Shown here: one piece after another, positions 63,171 to 64,000 of the stretch
How positions within the stretch are numbered: position 1 is the first letter of the stretch
How the letters are laid out: each line of letters opens with the position of its first letter
Assembly: GCF_009834535.1 (NCBI RefSeq)
Contig: NC_045696.1
Span: forward strand, 14,758,001 to 14,822,000
DNA length: 64,000 nucleotides
Reading direction: 5' to 3'
Source of the DNA: Camelus ferus
Lineage: Eukaryota
Notes under the pieces: generated by a model
Databases searched by the model: none
Seen by the model: the letters and a program-made list of their open reading frames with translations, nothing else
Told to the model about the DNA's origin: nothing
Program-made: the position numbers and the translations under genes

Positions 63171-63509
63171 TGATTGCTTTTGCAATGATACTCAGAAATA
63201 TCTTCTAGAAAATCTAGGATATCTGGTGAAAGTATGGACAATTAACTTTTGTCATAGGGGCATTCAGTAACAAATGCAAAGCATTTTTGCAGGAGAATAA
63301 AGTGGTGTGGATGAAAACTTCTGATGTATGTTTTGTGAGCGGGCATGAGAGAGCTTGCTAGCACAGATTTAGTAGCTTTGGTGCTAGTTTTCCATCTTCT
63401 TCAAAATGCAAAATGTTTCCCTGTTTTTATTAAAAGCTACTGACTTTGCTACCTTTAGCTGATGTAAGGACTTCAGTATGTAAAGTGCTTTTGGTTCAGA
63501 AAGGAAGAA

Positions 63510-63730
63510 ATTGGTATGCTGCAGGGAACCTGGCTTTGGATCAGATACATAGAGTTTGAATCAGAAATCTGCTCCTTGCTAGTTCTACAGGCTCAAAAAG
63601 CTTTTAAAGTCTCTTTGAACCATACATCCATCATCTTTAAACAGGAAAAGTAATATTTATGGCATAGTTTTGAAGAGAGGAGTCAGTCCTAGAATATAAC
63701 TGGTCCCCTATAATTGCAAATATTCCTATT
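63510..63730 (+). mobile_element. MIR SINE
   Basis: ggctttggatcagatacatagagtttgaatc..tctgctccttgctagtt...catctttaaacaggaaaagtaat. Confidence 0.65.
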
Positions 63731-64000
63731 GCCAAAAATAGTTAATAATGTCTTCTTCTGAGCCTACCTGAAGGCATGCAAAGAATTAAAACTTTAAAAA
63801 AATCTATATGATTAATTCCAAAGAGGTTTGACAAGCAATGCCTTGCCTGTGTTGCTAGTCTTGCTGATGAATGCTTCAGAAAACTGGGTGGGCTTAATCT
63901 CATAACTGGGTCCCAGCCAGCTGCTGAGGAAGCAGGAAAAAAGTCCAACTCCCAGATTTGGAGGTTGTCAAGTGGAGGTTCAATGTCTACTACTTGGTGG

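Overview
AT-rich mammalian (eutherian) genomic DNA, intergenic or deep-intronic. I found no host protein-coding exon, RNA gene or prokaryote-type system (CRISPR, operon). Two tRNA-Ala(AGC)-derived SINEs resemble the camelid Vic-1 family, and I saw no Alu, Bov-A/BovB or PRE1, so the source is probably a camelid (inference). Much of the window is transposon fossil, in layers. Ancient layer: MIR, L2, CR1/L3, MER5/MER58, MaLR/ERVL/ERV1 LTRs and L1M. Young layer: at least seven lineage-specific L1 insertions, the largest a 2.7-kb 5'-truncated L1 (44251-46993, perfect 17-bp TSD) that accounts for the only long ORF; its RT is catalytically mutated (YADD to YAND). Less obvious items: a frameshifted ERV-L pol fossil (~13143-13820); a 153-bp TSD-flanked retrocopy that looks like a cellular transcript 3' end or orphan transduction (52556-52708); a tail-less, apparently internally primed L1 fragment (56268-56384); a near-pure poly(A) insertion; a scrambled ORF1/ORF2/3'-end L1 mosaic; a MER41-like solo LTR with a GAS/kB composite; and several repeat-free, CpG-retaining, motif-dense blocks that may be cis-regulatory. 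I cannot support a genuinely new biological system from this sequence. Repeat subfamily names come from recalled consensus features and should be confirmed with RepeatMasker/Dfam.
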